Shown here: one piece after another, positions 39,601 through 53,183 of the stretch
How the letters are laid out: every line of letters begins with the position of its first letter
How positions within the stretch are numbered: the stretch's first letter is position 1
Assembly (NCBI GenBank): GCA_951406725.2
Contig: OX597817.1
Coordinates: 84,444,001-84,508,000 of the forward strand
Reading direction: 5' to 3'
Origin: Octopus vulgaris
Taxonomy: Eukaryota
DNA: 64,000 nt
Notes under the pieces: generated by a model
Seen by the model: the letters and a program-made list of their open reading frames with translations, nothing else
The model's database searches: none
What the model was told of the DNA's origin: nothing
Translations under genes and position numbers: made by a program

Positions 39601-39967
39601 CACACAACTCAATACAGAACACCACTAACTCTTCAATTGAAACCACTAAACCCTTTACACTACCTACATCACTCACATCTCTAATTCCAAAACTACTTAC
39701 CTCCCTTACAAATAATCTTTTTTCTCAGGAACTATTAGACCTGACACCGTATATTAACCGGTGTTGTTCAAATGATGAATAGCCTTCGCGTAAATCCCTG
39801 GTTCGTTTTGTTCTCTTTATTATCATCTTATAATCATCTCATAATAATGACCTTTATGACTCGTATTACTACCTCAGTCAATCTAAATGTATATATTTGT
39901 CACTACCTGTCATAAATAGCCTTTTTCTATTTGCAATATGCATTTTCGTTGATTTTTCATATTTTAC

Positions 39968-40017
<50 letters not shown>

Positions 40018-40124
40018 GGTGACCGTTAAGTTCCACCACGGAAAATTCCACCGGGTAAATTCCACCACGGTATATTTCACCATGGTAAATTCGACCATAG
40101 GTAAAATTATTATTATTATTATTA

Positions 40125-40191
<67 letters not shown>

Positions 40192-41104
40192 GGTTACGAT
40201 ATTATGGAGATAAAAAAACAATACATAAAAAATATCAATTATGTCAATGAATACAAAAAATACGAGGGAGAAAAATTATTTAAGGAAAAATCACTCAAAG
40301 AAATACACGGTGAATGCTTTAAACACCTGAATGAGGAAGCATTATCAAAAAGAGACTCACTGAAATTTATAAAACAAAACAAATACTCAATGATCGATAA
40401 AAAATGTTATACATTATTTACAAGACAGAAACAAGATAATCTTTGCAAACCTACTACAGCAATATAACATATCAAAAAGCCAGAAAATCTGAAACGTGCA
40501 AATAGAAAAGGTAACGACAAGTGAAAAAGTATCGATTTTAGTAGATAGCCCAGTAATAACACCAAACCATATCGAAAACAATAAACCCAATATAATATTT
40601 GACCACGAAAGAAAAGAAACAATAAATAAATTAAACTTTCGTATCCTAACTCTGCTTCACAATGTACTCGCTGTTATTTTTTACCATATTGTTATAATAA
40701 AATGTGTGCTAAAATTTAATCTATTCTTTCTTTATCCCAAATTATATTATTTTTGAAATTTTTTGATGAGTCTTTTTCATAGATTCTTACTTGATGGGAG
40801 TACATTAAAGTGATACCATCTCAATTCAAGTAGATTATAAAGATAATTTTCTATCTCACCTTCAGACTCTCTCTCTCTCTTCTTAAGACTTGAGAGACAG
40901 ACAGATTAAATAACATAGGTATTGACCCACGATCTAGAGAAACTGACCACGGTGATTATTAGTGGGAGTAGCTTATATTGGAAGCCTGTCCATGGATGGA
41001 ATTTACCATACTGGAATATACCATGGTGGAATTGACCTATGTTGAAATTTACCTGGTGGAATTTTCCGTGGTGGAATTTACCGCGATGGAATTTACCTGG
41101 AACC
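40018..41104. mobile_element. Foldback/MULE-like element with TIRs built of ~15 bp tandem repeats
   Basis: 40018-40105 (aaattccaccacgg units) is inverted against 40990-41104 (ggtggaattt units). Ends GGT...ACC, flanked by TA. Confidence 0.55.
40200..40625 (+). pseudogene. Very degraded Dong/R4-like fragment following (TTA)n
   Basis: KEIHGECFK...QDN and IENNKPNIIF resemble the LHG...QDQ and xNxPDI motifs of neighbouring copies. Confidence 0.45.
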
Positions 41105-41233
41105 ATATATATGCATGTATGTATGTATGTATGTATGTATGTATGTATGTATGTATGTATGTATGTATGTATGTACGTATGTATGTATGTATGTTTGTAT
41201 GTATGTATGTATGTTTGTATGTATGTATGTATG

Positions 41234-41264
<31 letters not shown>

Positions 41265-41499
41265 TTATGCACAAGGAGAATGGTTTCAGCAAATCGTATT
41301 TAGTGTATTGCTATATTATTATATAATAAATTCAACTATACATTCATGAGGTATCACACTAATACAATCGAACATCGACTCTTCAGAATTATGCATGAAA
41401 TTCATGCTGTTAAATAAGGCTGTGATATTTATCACGAGGAACTCCACTTTATCTAAATCTGGTATCATTCTAGCTTGACGGAAAACTTTGATAGATTAT

Positions 41500-41785
41500 G
41501 AAGAAAAATTTTGAACCCGAAAGTTTCGTAAACCGAAGCTATTTTTCTCATTGGAAATTGAAGAGAAGGCACGGTGAATTCGAACAGGGATGTGCACTGA
41601 GCGAAAGCTAAAACGTAACTGAGCTCTACATCTGATACTCTCAGCTTGTCGCCAACCGTTCTTGCCGGTTTGCATGTTCGTTATTCGAGATACCGTTTGC
41701 AACCATAGACATTTTAACTTTCGAAAAATTGTTCGTAAACCGATTTGTTCGTTATGTGAGGTGTTCGTAAATCGAGGTTCCATTG
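41500..41785. mobile_element. Tigger/pogo-type MITE, one end only
   Basis: Ends gttcgtaaatcgaggttccattg|ta, with repeated ttcgtaaaccga subterminal motifs. Confidence 0.6.
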
Positions 41786-42019
41786 TATATACCTATTGAT
41801 GGTGTAAGTGCAGACTATGATAGTGCCATTACAGAACTGTATAATGGCACCAAAAACCAAATATATGACACGCTGAACATAACACCAACCTGAACTTCTA
41901 ATCTGTTGTCCCTTGGGGTCTCTGGATGAGACTTGGAGTCAAGTCAAACAAAGAAGAAGAAGAAGAAGAAGAAGAAGAAGAAGAAGAAGAAGAAGGAGGA
42001 GGAGGAGGAGGAGGAGGAG

Positions 42020-43302
42020 GTAATATACAAGGACAGTGAGAAAATATTAGTCAAAGTTGAATTCAAGAAAATTGTTATTGAAGCGATAAATTCAATAGCA
42101 GTGCCGGTAATAAGATATGGAGTTGAAATTGTAGACTGGATAAAAAGCGACATGCAGAAACTTGACAGAAAAACTTAACTCTTAACAATGTATGGTTCCC
42201 AGCATATGAAAGCTCATATTAATCGGTTGTACTTGAAGAGATACCAGGGTGGAAGAGTTTTAATTGTTGTGGAAGAGAGTGGAGTGTACAGACGGACAGT
42301 ACTAAATGCAGTGTACAGACGGACAGAGAAATTACTAAATGCAGTGAGTAAAGAAGAGGTGATCAAGTGTGAAATAGGATAAAAGGACAAGACTAAATTT
42401 CAAAGAGAGCATGTTAAGCCGATTGATAAGATGAGAAATCTTTGCATCGTCGGAGTTGAAAAGCCATCGAGAATATAATGTGACACAAAAATCTAGGTTT
42501 GGTTTTAAAAAAAACAATTGAAAAAGAAACAGAGAGCCTTATTATAGCATTTAAAGATCAAGTGCTATAGACAACATGTGAAAATATATGTATGGAGTGA
42601 AGGTGTCAACATAATGTAGAGTATGTGGAATTTGGAATGAAACAATGGCACATATTGGTGCAGATCGCCCTCCCCCACCGCCTGATAGCTCAGGGAGAAT
42701 ATAAGAAATGGAGGCATAACAAAGTTGTGGGTGTTTTGCACTGGAGGGTTTGTCAGAAATGGTGGTTTGAAGCTGGAAGTACTTGGTATAATCATCGGGT
42801 AGAAAGAATACTTAAATCGAAAAAATGCTAGATCTTATGAGATTTTCCAATTCAAGTGGATAAAAAATTAGAAAAATAATGAGCCAGATACAAGAATAAT
42901 AGACAAAGAAGAACGAATTTACTTACCAGACTGAGGGATTGATTCAAGATCTGTGAAGAAAGAAAACGAAAAATTTAGAAAATACAATCCCTTAAAATTT
43001 GAGGTGATAATTTGGAATATGAAAACTGTAAGTGTTGTGCCTATAATATTCGGTGCATTAGGGTCTGTGATTAAGAATATAGAAAATTGTTGAAGGAGAT
43101 AGGAATGGTGTCGAAAAGTACCAAGACTAAATATTGTGTAGATCTTCTACAAAAATTTTGCCTTTCAGTAACAGGGAAGATAATCAGAAGGGTTTTGAGC
43201 ACTTGAAAGATTATGGAAAGTCTGTGGATACCTAAGGTTACAAGTAGTAAATTGTTAGCCACATAAATTCTACCAGGAATAAGACCGATCTTGAGTCAAA
43301 TC

Positions 43303-43304
<2 letters not shown>
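42020..43304 (+). mobile_element. Degraded 5'-truncated Dong/R4-like retrotransposon ending in (TAA)n
   Basis: AINSIAVPVIRY...LDRKT, RLYLKRYQGGR, WRHNKV, VPIIFGALG. Confidence 0.8.
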
Positions 43305-43340
<36 letters not shown>

Positions 43341-43346
43341 GTAATA

Positions 43347-43427
<81 letters not shown>

Positions 43428-43433
43428 GTAATA

Positions 43434-43503
<70 letters not shown>
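43305..43503. repeat. (TAA)n microsatellite
   Basis: About 66 units with a few TAG variants, between two Dong-like copies. Confidence 0.97.
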
Positions 43504-43505
<2 letters not shown>

Positions 43506-45262
43506 GATTAACATTCCTGCTTCCAAAAAGTGAAGAAACAAATGAACCAAAAAACTATAGACCCATAACCTGCTTAACAACTATGTATAAAACGCTAACA
43601 TCTGTCCTGACGGAATATACTTATAGTTTTTTAACAGACAGCAGCATATTCCCTAATGAACAGAAAGGATGTAAACGTGGATCCTACGGCTGTAAAGATC
43701 AACTACTCATCAATAAGATGATCTTAGAAGATTGTCACAAACGACACAAAAACTTATCAATAGCCTGGATAGACTATAAAAGGCTTTTGATAGCCTACCA
43801 CATAGCTGGATTAGGAAATGCCTGGAAATGTATAAGACAGCACCTACTCTGCGAAACTTTTTGACTGTAAGTATAAGATCATGGAGAACCACACTAACTT
43901 TGAACAGTGACAATGAATTCCTAAATGCTGATGATGTAAAAATTTCATGTGGCCTTTTCCAGGGTGACTCACTGTCACCACTCCTCTTTTGTTTAGCCTT
44001 AATACCTCTCTCAAAATTGCTCAATGACGCGCAGTACGGGTATAAAATGTTTGACAAAAATATAAATCATCTCATTTACATGGATGATTTAAAGCTTTTT
44101 GCAAAAAATGACCAACAACTCAAGGGCTTACTAGCGATAGTCAAACAATTCAGTGACAACATCAAAATGCAATTCGGCCTCGATAAATGTGCAAAAGCTA
44201 CCTTTATCAAAGGAAAAATGACAGAAACATCTAACGTTAACCTTGACCAGCAGAATGTCATAAAAGAACTAGACCCAGCGGAGAGCTACAAGTACCTAGG
44301 GGTAATTGAAGGGAACGGAATAAGGCATTCAGAGATGAAGGAAAGGATCAGGAGAGAATGCTATCGAAGAGTAAGAGCAATACTCAAGACAGAGCTGAAT
44401 GCAAGAAACAGGATCGAAGCGATCAATGCATTAGCCATACCAGTCGTGACTTACAGTTTCAATATCGTTAACTGGTCAATTACTGAAATATGCCAGCTCG
44501 ACAGAAAAATACGAAAAATGTTGACAATGCATAGAATGCACCACCCTAAGGCAGATACAGAACGACTTTATCTGCCAAGAAAAGAGGGAGGCCGTGGTCT
44601 TTTACAACTGGCAATAACAATGAAGATTGCTACAATTGGCCTCTAGACACCTACCTGAAAAAGTCTGAGGACTGGATGTCAAAACTTGTCTCAAAGCATG
44701 AAAACAAGAAAGCATCATACTCAGTAACAAAACAGGCAAAGGAATATCTAAGTGAATTCCGAATACAACAAATTTCGGAATTAGAGATAGACATACAAGA
44801 AACAAGCACAGAAAAAGCTAGGCGCGTGAAAACCCGTGCCAAAACTGCGGCCTTAGATATTCTGAATAATAAATGGCAATAAAAACCTCTCTATGGCAAA
44901 CACCCAAAGAGAGCGAATAATGCAGATATTGACAAAGCCCTGACCCATCAATGGCTAATAGCCTCTGGCTTAAAATCTGAAACAGAAGGGTTTATCATAG
45001 CAGCTTAAGATCAATGCCTACCAACAAGAAACTACCAGGCCAACATATTAAAGAACGGCAGTAGCCCAACATGTCGTGTATGCCGACAACAAAATGAAGC
45101 CATTGATCATGTTGTCTCCAAATGCAGTCTTCTAGCGCCTACAGAGTACCTCAACAAGCATGATAGAGCTGCACAATATATTCACTGGGTAATTTGCAAA
45201 AACCTGGATTTGCCACATGAAAAAAACTGGTGGGAACACAATCCACCTCCAGTGCTTGAACA
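43504..45262 (+). pseudogene. Dong/R4-clade reverse transcriptase and zinc knuckle, 5'-truncated
   Basis: NYRPITCLTTMYK, EQKGC, IDYK / AFDS, GLFQGDSLSPLLF, HLIYMDDLKLF, YKYLG, RLYLPRKEGGRGL, CRVCRQQNEAIDHVVSKC. A few frameshifts and stops. Confidence 0.92.
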
Positions 45263-46211
45263 GCATTATGGAAGTGCAGAAACTGTTGTTGCAAAGAAGG
45301 TGAAATCAATGGCATAGCAAAGAGCGTTTGAACAAATGGCTGATAGGTGGGAACAAAAAACCTCTGCATAGCAAATATGTGACCTGTAGCAAACAAGTTG
45401 ATGTAGACCAAAAGCACATCCATCAGCGGCTATGGAGCACAGGCCTAAAGACAGAGGGCGAAGGCTTTATCTTAGCTGCTCAAGACCAGAGCTTATTAAC
45501 ACGAAAATCTACACATGATAGAGTTGATCAATACTTACACTGAATATGTGGGAATTATAAAATCAAAACTACTGACAAATGGTGCAAGCACTATCCCGAG
45601 GCTTTAACTGAGGAAGAAAATGCAACGATTCTTGTGACTTTTCAATACATACAGACCGGACCATCAAAGCTAATAAACCAGGTATTGTTATGAAAGACAA
45701 AAACAATAAAATATGTTTATTTTTTGACATACGCATACCTTGTGATCATAATATCTCGGCAAAAGAATTTGATAAGCTCAGAAAATATAAAGATTTGTTG
45801 ATTGAAAGTGAAAAAATGTGACAACTCAAAACGGTTACAATACCATTGATTGTAGGAGCACTTGGAATGATAAAAAAAGGAACTGAAAATTATATGAGGA
45901 TGACGCTCTAGATTACCATCCATGCAGGAAGTGCAAAAGATTGTCTTAAATGGTACTTCATACATATTGAGAAAAGCATTGTCGCTGTGAATTTTCTTTC
46001 CTTTTCACCATTTTATTTTGTTTTATTGTTTTCGTATTTTTCTTTTTTTTCCTTCTTTCCTCTGTCTTTCTTCCTTTTTTTCTATCACATTACTTTGTAA
46101 ATGAACAATTTGGAGAGCTAATTTTAATGTCCTACCAATGTATACAGTGAGTTTCTTTGTCCTACATGTTGGGAAACACTCGGCAAGAAATGGAAAGAAA
46201 ATTGGCAGAAG
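45263..46211 (+). mobile_element. 3' part of another Dong/R4-like copy (RLE domain and 3' UTR) ending in (TAA)n
   Basis: WEQKPLHSKY, EGFILAAQDQSL, KANKPGIV, IPLIVGALG, followed by a T-rich UTR. Confidence 0.8.
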
Positions 46212-46266
46212 ATAATAATAATAATAATAATTATTATTATTATTATTATTATTATCATCATTATCA

Positions 46267-46321
<55 letters not shown>

Positions 46322-46348
46322 CATTATTATTATTATTATTATTATTAT

Positions 46349-46395
<47 letters not shown>

Positions 46396-46459
46396 TTATA
46401 AATGTCCTGGTGCAGTACCCTACAACAACAGGAATATTTTTTTTGTTTTTAATTGCCAT

Positions 46460-47587
46460 GTTCTATATATCTCAGTCTCAAGGTCCTTATATTTCAACAT
46501 TTTTTCAAATTCCTTCGCTGAAATGTTTCTTTCAGTAAGCACTGCCATATCAATCCATCGCTTTGATAACGATGTCTGGTTTGTTAGCATTTATTTGCCT
46601 GTCTGTTTGTATCCCATAATCCCATAGAATGGTAATAATCTCTCCTTCAATGACTGGCTCTGGATGGTGTTCATACCAGTTCGTAGGGTGTGAGATATTA
46701 TAGTGATGGCATATGCTCCAGTGCAAGTATTGACCAACTCGATCATGCCTGGTTTTATATTCTGTAGGCAAGGACTGAACAACCGGCAACGATGTGATTA
46801 ATACTCTCCAGTTTGTCATTTCAGAGATTACACTTTGTGTCTATCTTATTGTGAGTGACATTAGCACGATAGTTCCGGGTGAGCCTACTGACATTGTGCA
46901 GAATAAATCCTTCTGTTTTGGCTTTCAAGCCAACATTCTGCAGCCACTGATGGGTTTTTTCCTCGTATCTACATCAGCTTTCCCAGCTCCTTTGGGTATT
47001 GCCCATGCAATGGTCTTTCTTGCCGCAGTCTTCATATTTCCCTTGTGTTTAGCGTTTGTTTTACACTTTTTTGCTGCCTTAGTGTGATGTATCCTCCTTA
47101 TCATCATAATAATCAGGAAGGTTAAGCTCTCGTCTGTATTTATATGCCTCCTTTGTGATTGAGTACAGTTTCTTGTTCTACACTTTCTAACTCTGTTCGT
47201 GTTGCCTTACCAGCTGTACCATCCAATCGATGTTACTTTGGATGTACACTTGGAGTACTATCGTGGTCGTTTTATAAGACGTTTCAAGCTGGATTAAACC
47301 TCTGAAGCTTTCCTTTCGTAGGAGATAGAGCCTGTGGACGTCTGATTTTGGGTGGTGCATCTTGTTTAGTGTCAACAGTTTCCTAGTCTTTATGTTCATA
47401 CGCTGGAGATTACTCAGATTCCATTTGATGACATTTAGGCTATACTGGACAGCTGGTACCACCAGGGACTTTACAGCTGCAATTCTATTCTGAGAGTTCA
47501 GCTCATTTTCAGGACATTTTTGACACGTCTATAATACTCTTCCCTGATCTTCTCTTTCATTGATCTGTCTTGAATCCCTTTCCCTTC

Positions 47588-47590
<3 letters not shown>
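46460..47590 (-). mobile_element. Degraded Dong/R4-like copy on the minus strand
   Basis: MHHPKSDVHRLYL, RHDRVGQYLHW, ILWDYGIQTDRQINANKPDIV. Confidence 0.88.
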
Positions 47591-47647
<57 letters not shown>

Positions 47648-47666
47648 TAAATACATATATATAAAT

Positions 47667-47721
<55 letters not shown>

Positions 47722-47744
47722 TAAATATATATATATATATAAAC

Positions 47745-47781
<37 letters not shown>

Positions 47782-48289
47782 TAAATATATATATATATAA
47801 ATTATATATATATATATATACGCGCGGGTGAGGGTGTGGTTGTTACTTTCTGTTTCTTATCGCCACATTCTCCCTCTTTGTTTCTCTCTCCTTTCTCTCT
47901 CACTTTCCCACTCTCTTACTCTTCCTTTCTCTCGGACTCTTCCTCGCTTTCTCTTACTCTCTATCCTTCTCTGTCTATCTCTCTCCCATTTATAAAAATT
48001 AGATTTCCGCGCTTAAATTACAAATTCGCTTCCATTTTACGATGTTGAAAATTTGATTGAAATCGGGCAAAAATTATCCAATCTAGACCCCCAAGTGTCC
48101 CCAAAAATCAATAAAATCCCCGTTTTCACAGCAAAGCAACCACTGTAGCGCCCCAAAACATCTCCCAATTAATTTCTCACCTCAATTTACTCCCCTCCTG
48201 TAAATTTTAATCTCCTTCCAGACCCATTTAGACCCCTTTTTACATAAAAATCCAGTTTGTATCAACGTACGCCTTCTTCATTCTATAGA

Positions 48290-48797
48290 TTAGACAAATA
48301 TACCCGGCCCTGCTCGGGATTAAAATAGTTTATTATTGTTTTGCTTGTTTCGGTATTATAACCCGATTTCATTCGGGTCTACGCGGGCCACATTTCAAAA
48401 GATGAGGAATTTTGCCCGAGAGAATTTTGCCCAAGCCTTTCAATTTAGCAAACTCAAAGTTGCCATGCAAACTCGCTAGCACTTTTAACATTAGGTGTGC
48501 ATATTTTCAGCTCAATCCGACCACATATGCACACATTATATATATATATATACCAATTAAGGACTGAACACGAAAAGTGGACAGTCAACATGCTAGATAT
48601 AGACGTCAAATCGCCAATCTCCACAAAAGATTATGTTCTCAAATCAAACTCAGCACAAAACCAAAGTAATAAACAAGTGAAAATATACGAAATAAAATAT
48701 TTACCCATTGTGCTGAGTTTGATTTGAGAACATAATCTTTCGTGGAGAATGGCGATTTGACGTCTATATCTAGCATGTTGACTGTCCACTTTTCGTG

Positions 48798-48848
<51 letters not shown>

Positions 48849-48900
48849 TTAATATGCTAGACCACTGGTTTTAATTGATAAATATCAATTTCTACCCTTA

Positions 48901-48939
<39 letters not shown>

Positions 48940-49552
48940 GCAATATATATACATATCTACACACACATATATATAAACATACATATATATGTATATACAC
49001 ATATATATATATATTTATACACATTATATATATATTTATATACACACACATATATATAAATTAACACAATATATCTGATTAATATCTTTTATGATTGTGC
49101 GGTGGTGGTGGGCGATAATAATTCACCGTTCTAAAAGACCTGTGGCGGGAATATTTAAACTTTTGCGGCTGTCAACGCTTTCTCTCTATAGATACAGACA
49201 GACGAACAGTGAGAGAGGTGGTAGGAGAAAGCGTGACAGAGAGACGGCGAAGCTGTCAAACGTCGTTATAGTGAGAAATTGGAGGGAACGAAGGAAAGAG
49301 AGAGATGGATGAAGACAGGGTGATATGCGAAAGAGAGAAAATACAAGCACTCGTCAAAGTGTGGGTTTTGTTGCCCTAGTAACCACCGTTTTGAGATATG
49401 AGTTTCTAACCTAGTCCACTCACTTTCTCGCCTCTTTTTACATGTCTCTGTAAATTTTGGAGCCAATCCGACCCCATCTAGAGCCCCTTAACCCGTCCCA
49501 ATCCCAAAATGAGACAAAGAAACTTTTCGCATTTCAGCTTTATAGATATTGA
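48290..49552 (-). mobile_element. Putative non-autonomous Helitron with nested inserts
   Basis: Minus strand A|TC start at 49552. Hairpin cccgagcagggccggg near a CTAA|T end at 48290. Confidence 0.5.
48568..48798. repeat. Inverted repeat with ~92 bp arms and ~48 bp spacer
   Basis: 48568-48659 versus 48708-48798, about 2 mismatches. Confidence 0.92.
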
Positions 49553-50046
49553 TACATGCAACAGCGAATATTTTCAACGATCGATGGCGTAACCATGTTG
49601 CATCATTTAGTACTTCTCAGGATAACTTAATAGGAAATTTGACAGAAATTTTCAACACAGAAATTCCTGTAATATTACTACCTAAAGAACAACATTCTGA
49701 ACTTTTTATGAGATACCACCATAGATTTTGAGAATTTTTCAGGAGATACAGAAATATTCAATGGAGAACGATTAATTTGTCCAATTAACATCTGATACTC
49801 CTCTCGAGAAAATGTATCAACGATAGATACATTTTGTTGTAGATAATCTAGGATATATATCGAGTACAAAAATAATGTGTCTGGAAGTATACCTGTAAAC
49901 ATACAAATGGTCAAATTTGGTTATCTGTAATATATATACATGAGGGTACACAACATGTGTGTGTAAGAGCGTGTGAGAGTGTGTGTTTGTGAGCGTGTGA
50001 ACGTGTTTGCGAGTGTGTGTGAGAGAGAGAGAGAGAAATGTATTTG

Positions 50047-50134
<88 letters not shown>

Positions 50135-51103
50135 GGTGTGTGTGTGTTATCGACTCCATGAAATATCCTACGATTTTCATAGCTTGGTTGCGCAATTTAA
50201 CACGAATGCAGGGATGAAGGATTATAATTTTTTTTTATTTTACATTTTTGTCTCTGTATTTTAGAATCTTCAACTTATAATTTTGGGATTATGTTTATAA
50301 CAACACGAGAATTATCACTTTAGTCCGTGTTTATGGACATTCCGTTGACTTTTTTCTTTCTTCCTCTCCCCAGTAAGGCGTACCCTTTAAAACATAAATA
50401 ACTTTATCTTTGCCTGTCTCTCCTATCAATACTTGTGTGTGTGTGGAATGTGACCGCTTGATTTAGTAGTGGCTGACGTTTGGCCACAAAATATATATCA
50501 GCCCAAGTGTTGACGTATTTTGGCCGCTGCACGCATCTCCGCAGGCGCCTACATCACATTGCTACAATGGTAAAGAACGATTACTACAGTTTATTTTCTT
50601 AATGGCAGATGGAAAAGATATCTGGCAAGCCAAATGATTTATATATCTCTTGGAAAGAAATAAAAAGCATTGCTATCAACTGACTTATTTTCTAGTTCTA
50701 TGTTTATCCATTTTTCTCTCCTCTCCGTCCTATTTCTTGACTGATTGATTTGAATTGTAATTTATTCAGTATTTATTATATTTACTTTTTGTTTCAAAAC
50801 GTCCCGACTGCATACTACAAACTAGTCAGCTGTGACAAGCAGTGTTTAGTAGGTTGTGTTTAAAATGCTGTTACAGCCGTCTTTTCCAGGTTAATTTGTT
50901 AGATTTATAGTAATGACAAACTAAAATTACAATAATCCAGGACAGTTATAACTGTAACTTCTTAAAATACCGACCGGTTATATGTACATACTGTTTGGCA
51001 GCAAATGAATTTTACAGATAATTTTGAAAAACCGACCTTCGATTGTATCAGTATAAGGATATGATATTTCAAGGATCTATAGTTGCATATATTGTATAGT
51101 AAT

Positions 51104-51317
51104 CATTTCTACTATAGGCACAAGGCCTGAAATTTGTGGGGAGGGGACTAGTCGATTACATCGACCCCAGTGTTTCACTGGTACTTAATTTATCGACTCC
51201 GAAAGGATGAAAGGCAAAGTGGACCTCGTCAGAATTTGAACTCAGAACGTAGCGACGAGCGAAAAGTCGCTAAGCATTTCGTTCAGCGTGCTAACGCTTT
51301 TACCAGCTCGTCGCCTT
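51104..51317 (-). mobile_element. SINE family A
   Basis: Similar to 5914-6080, with an alternative 3' tail. Confidence 0.85.
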
Positions 51318-51571
51318 ATATATTGTATGATAATATAGCAATACTCTTGGGATCGAATATCGATGAAACAATTGTAAATTCGTGTACTAAAACAACTTGT
51401 TCGCTTCATTCTGCCTGTGAATAATCACATAAACTTTACGGATATTTATGGATTTTTAGAAATATGATCTGTAATATAATAAATCTTCGATTTAAATTTA
51501 TATCTGATAGCTTATACTCGTTACTGAGCACAATAGACAAAATGCCAGGATTAACAACCGATTGAAATTTA

Positions 51572-51623
<52 letters not shown>

Positions 51624-51918
51624 CAATCAGAGAGAGATATGAAAGAGGGGGAAGTTCTTAAAAGTGTTGGATAGATGGCTTAACAATAATTGTATAGTCT
51701 CTCTTAGCTCTGAACTCAGATTTTGCCGATGTTAAAACTTCACCTCAATAATTTCGGGATCAATGAAAGAAATACCCTTCCTATACTTGTTCGGTTCTTC
51801 TCTTTCTCTCACTTTTTCTTTTTGCTTTTTCTGTCCTGAAACAAATCGACTATGGACATTCTTGAAGAGAGATGGGCCTCACTTGATCTAAAAATACTGA
51901 AAACAAGGCATATGTAAA

Positions 51919-51967
<49 letters not shown>

Positions 51968-52637
51968 GGCGCCTTGTTTACTTTTATAATTTTCTTATTG
52001 ATTTATTCGTTCAGATTGAACTTTGAGAGAGCGATATATGTTGTACAATTTGATGTCTATAAACGGTATTATATGAATTAACTGGACCCATGAAAAATTC
52101 ACGGAAAACATAAAAAATGTAAGCATCTGTAAATTGTGTGCTGGCACCACGTGAAATTTTTCAATATTGTGACAGTTACAGAATACAGAAAGAAGTGTAA
52201 AGCCAATAACTATATAATCCAATCAAAATATGACAGTTACGCAAACGTAAACAGAATTACTATTTACCCTTAAAATGCATCAAACATATTCAAAGAACCT
52301 TCTTTGTTTAGTGGTACGGAGCGTTCTTCTGGTATTCTTTTACTTGTTTCAGTCATTTGACGGTGGCCTTTTAGTAGAAGAAATCGTCCCCCTGGACTTA
52401 TTCCTTATAAGCCTGGTACTTATTCTATATCACTATATATATAAGTGTGTGTGCGTGTGTGTGTGTGTCTCTCTGTGTCTGTGCGTGTGTGTGTGTGTGT
52501 GTATGTGTGTGTCTGCGTGTGTGCCTGTGTCTGAGTCTGTGCCTGTATGTGTGTGTGCGCGCGTGTGTTTGTGCGTGTGTATGTGCGTGTGCGTGTGTGT
52601 GCACGTGCGCGTGTGTGTGCGTGTGTGTGTGTGCTTG

Positions 52638-53110
52638 CATGGCTGTATGGTAAGAAGTTTGCTTCCCAACCACATAATTCCAGATTCAATCCCACTGCGA
52701 GGCACCCTGGATAAATGTCTTCTACTATACAGATAATTGAAGCTCGGAGTAGATATATATATTCCATTCATACACGTATACATACATACATAAATACATA
52801 CATACATACATACATACATACATACATACATACATACATACATACATACATACATACATACATACATACATACATACATACATACATACATACATGCATA
52901 CGTATATGATATGGGTCTTTGTGCCTCTGATTTCCCCCACCACTACTTGACAACCGATGTTGGTATTTTTATGAGCCTGTGACTTAGCGGTTCGTTAAAA
53001 AACCGATAAAATAAGTACCAGGCTTAAAAAAAGAGTTTGGATTGATTCGTTCGACTACACTTCATCAAGGATGTCTCCCATCATGATTGCGGTCTAATAA
53101 CTAAAACAAG

Positions 53111-53112
<2 letters not shown>
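52638..53112 (+). mobile_element. SINE family B with internal (TACA)n
   Basis: 5' half at ~52638-52730, 3' half at ~52925-53112. Confidence 0.75.

Positions 53113-53180
<68 letters not shown>

Positions 53181-53183
<3 letters not shown>

Noticed and set aside
40018-41104. Short regularly spaced repeats suggesting a CRISPR array
   Set aside because: No unique spacers, degenerate ~15 bp tandem units, eukaryotic context, no cas genes.
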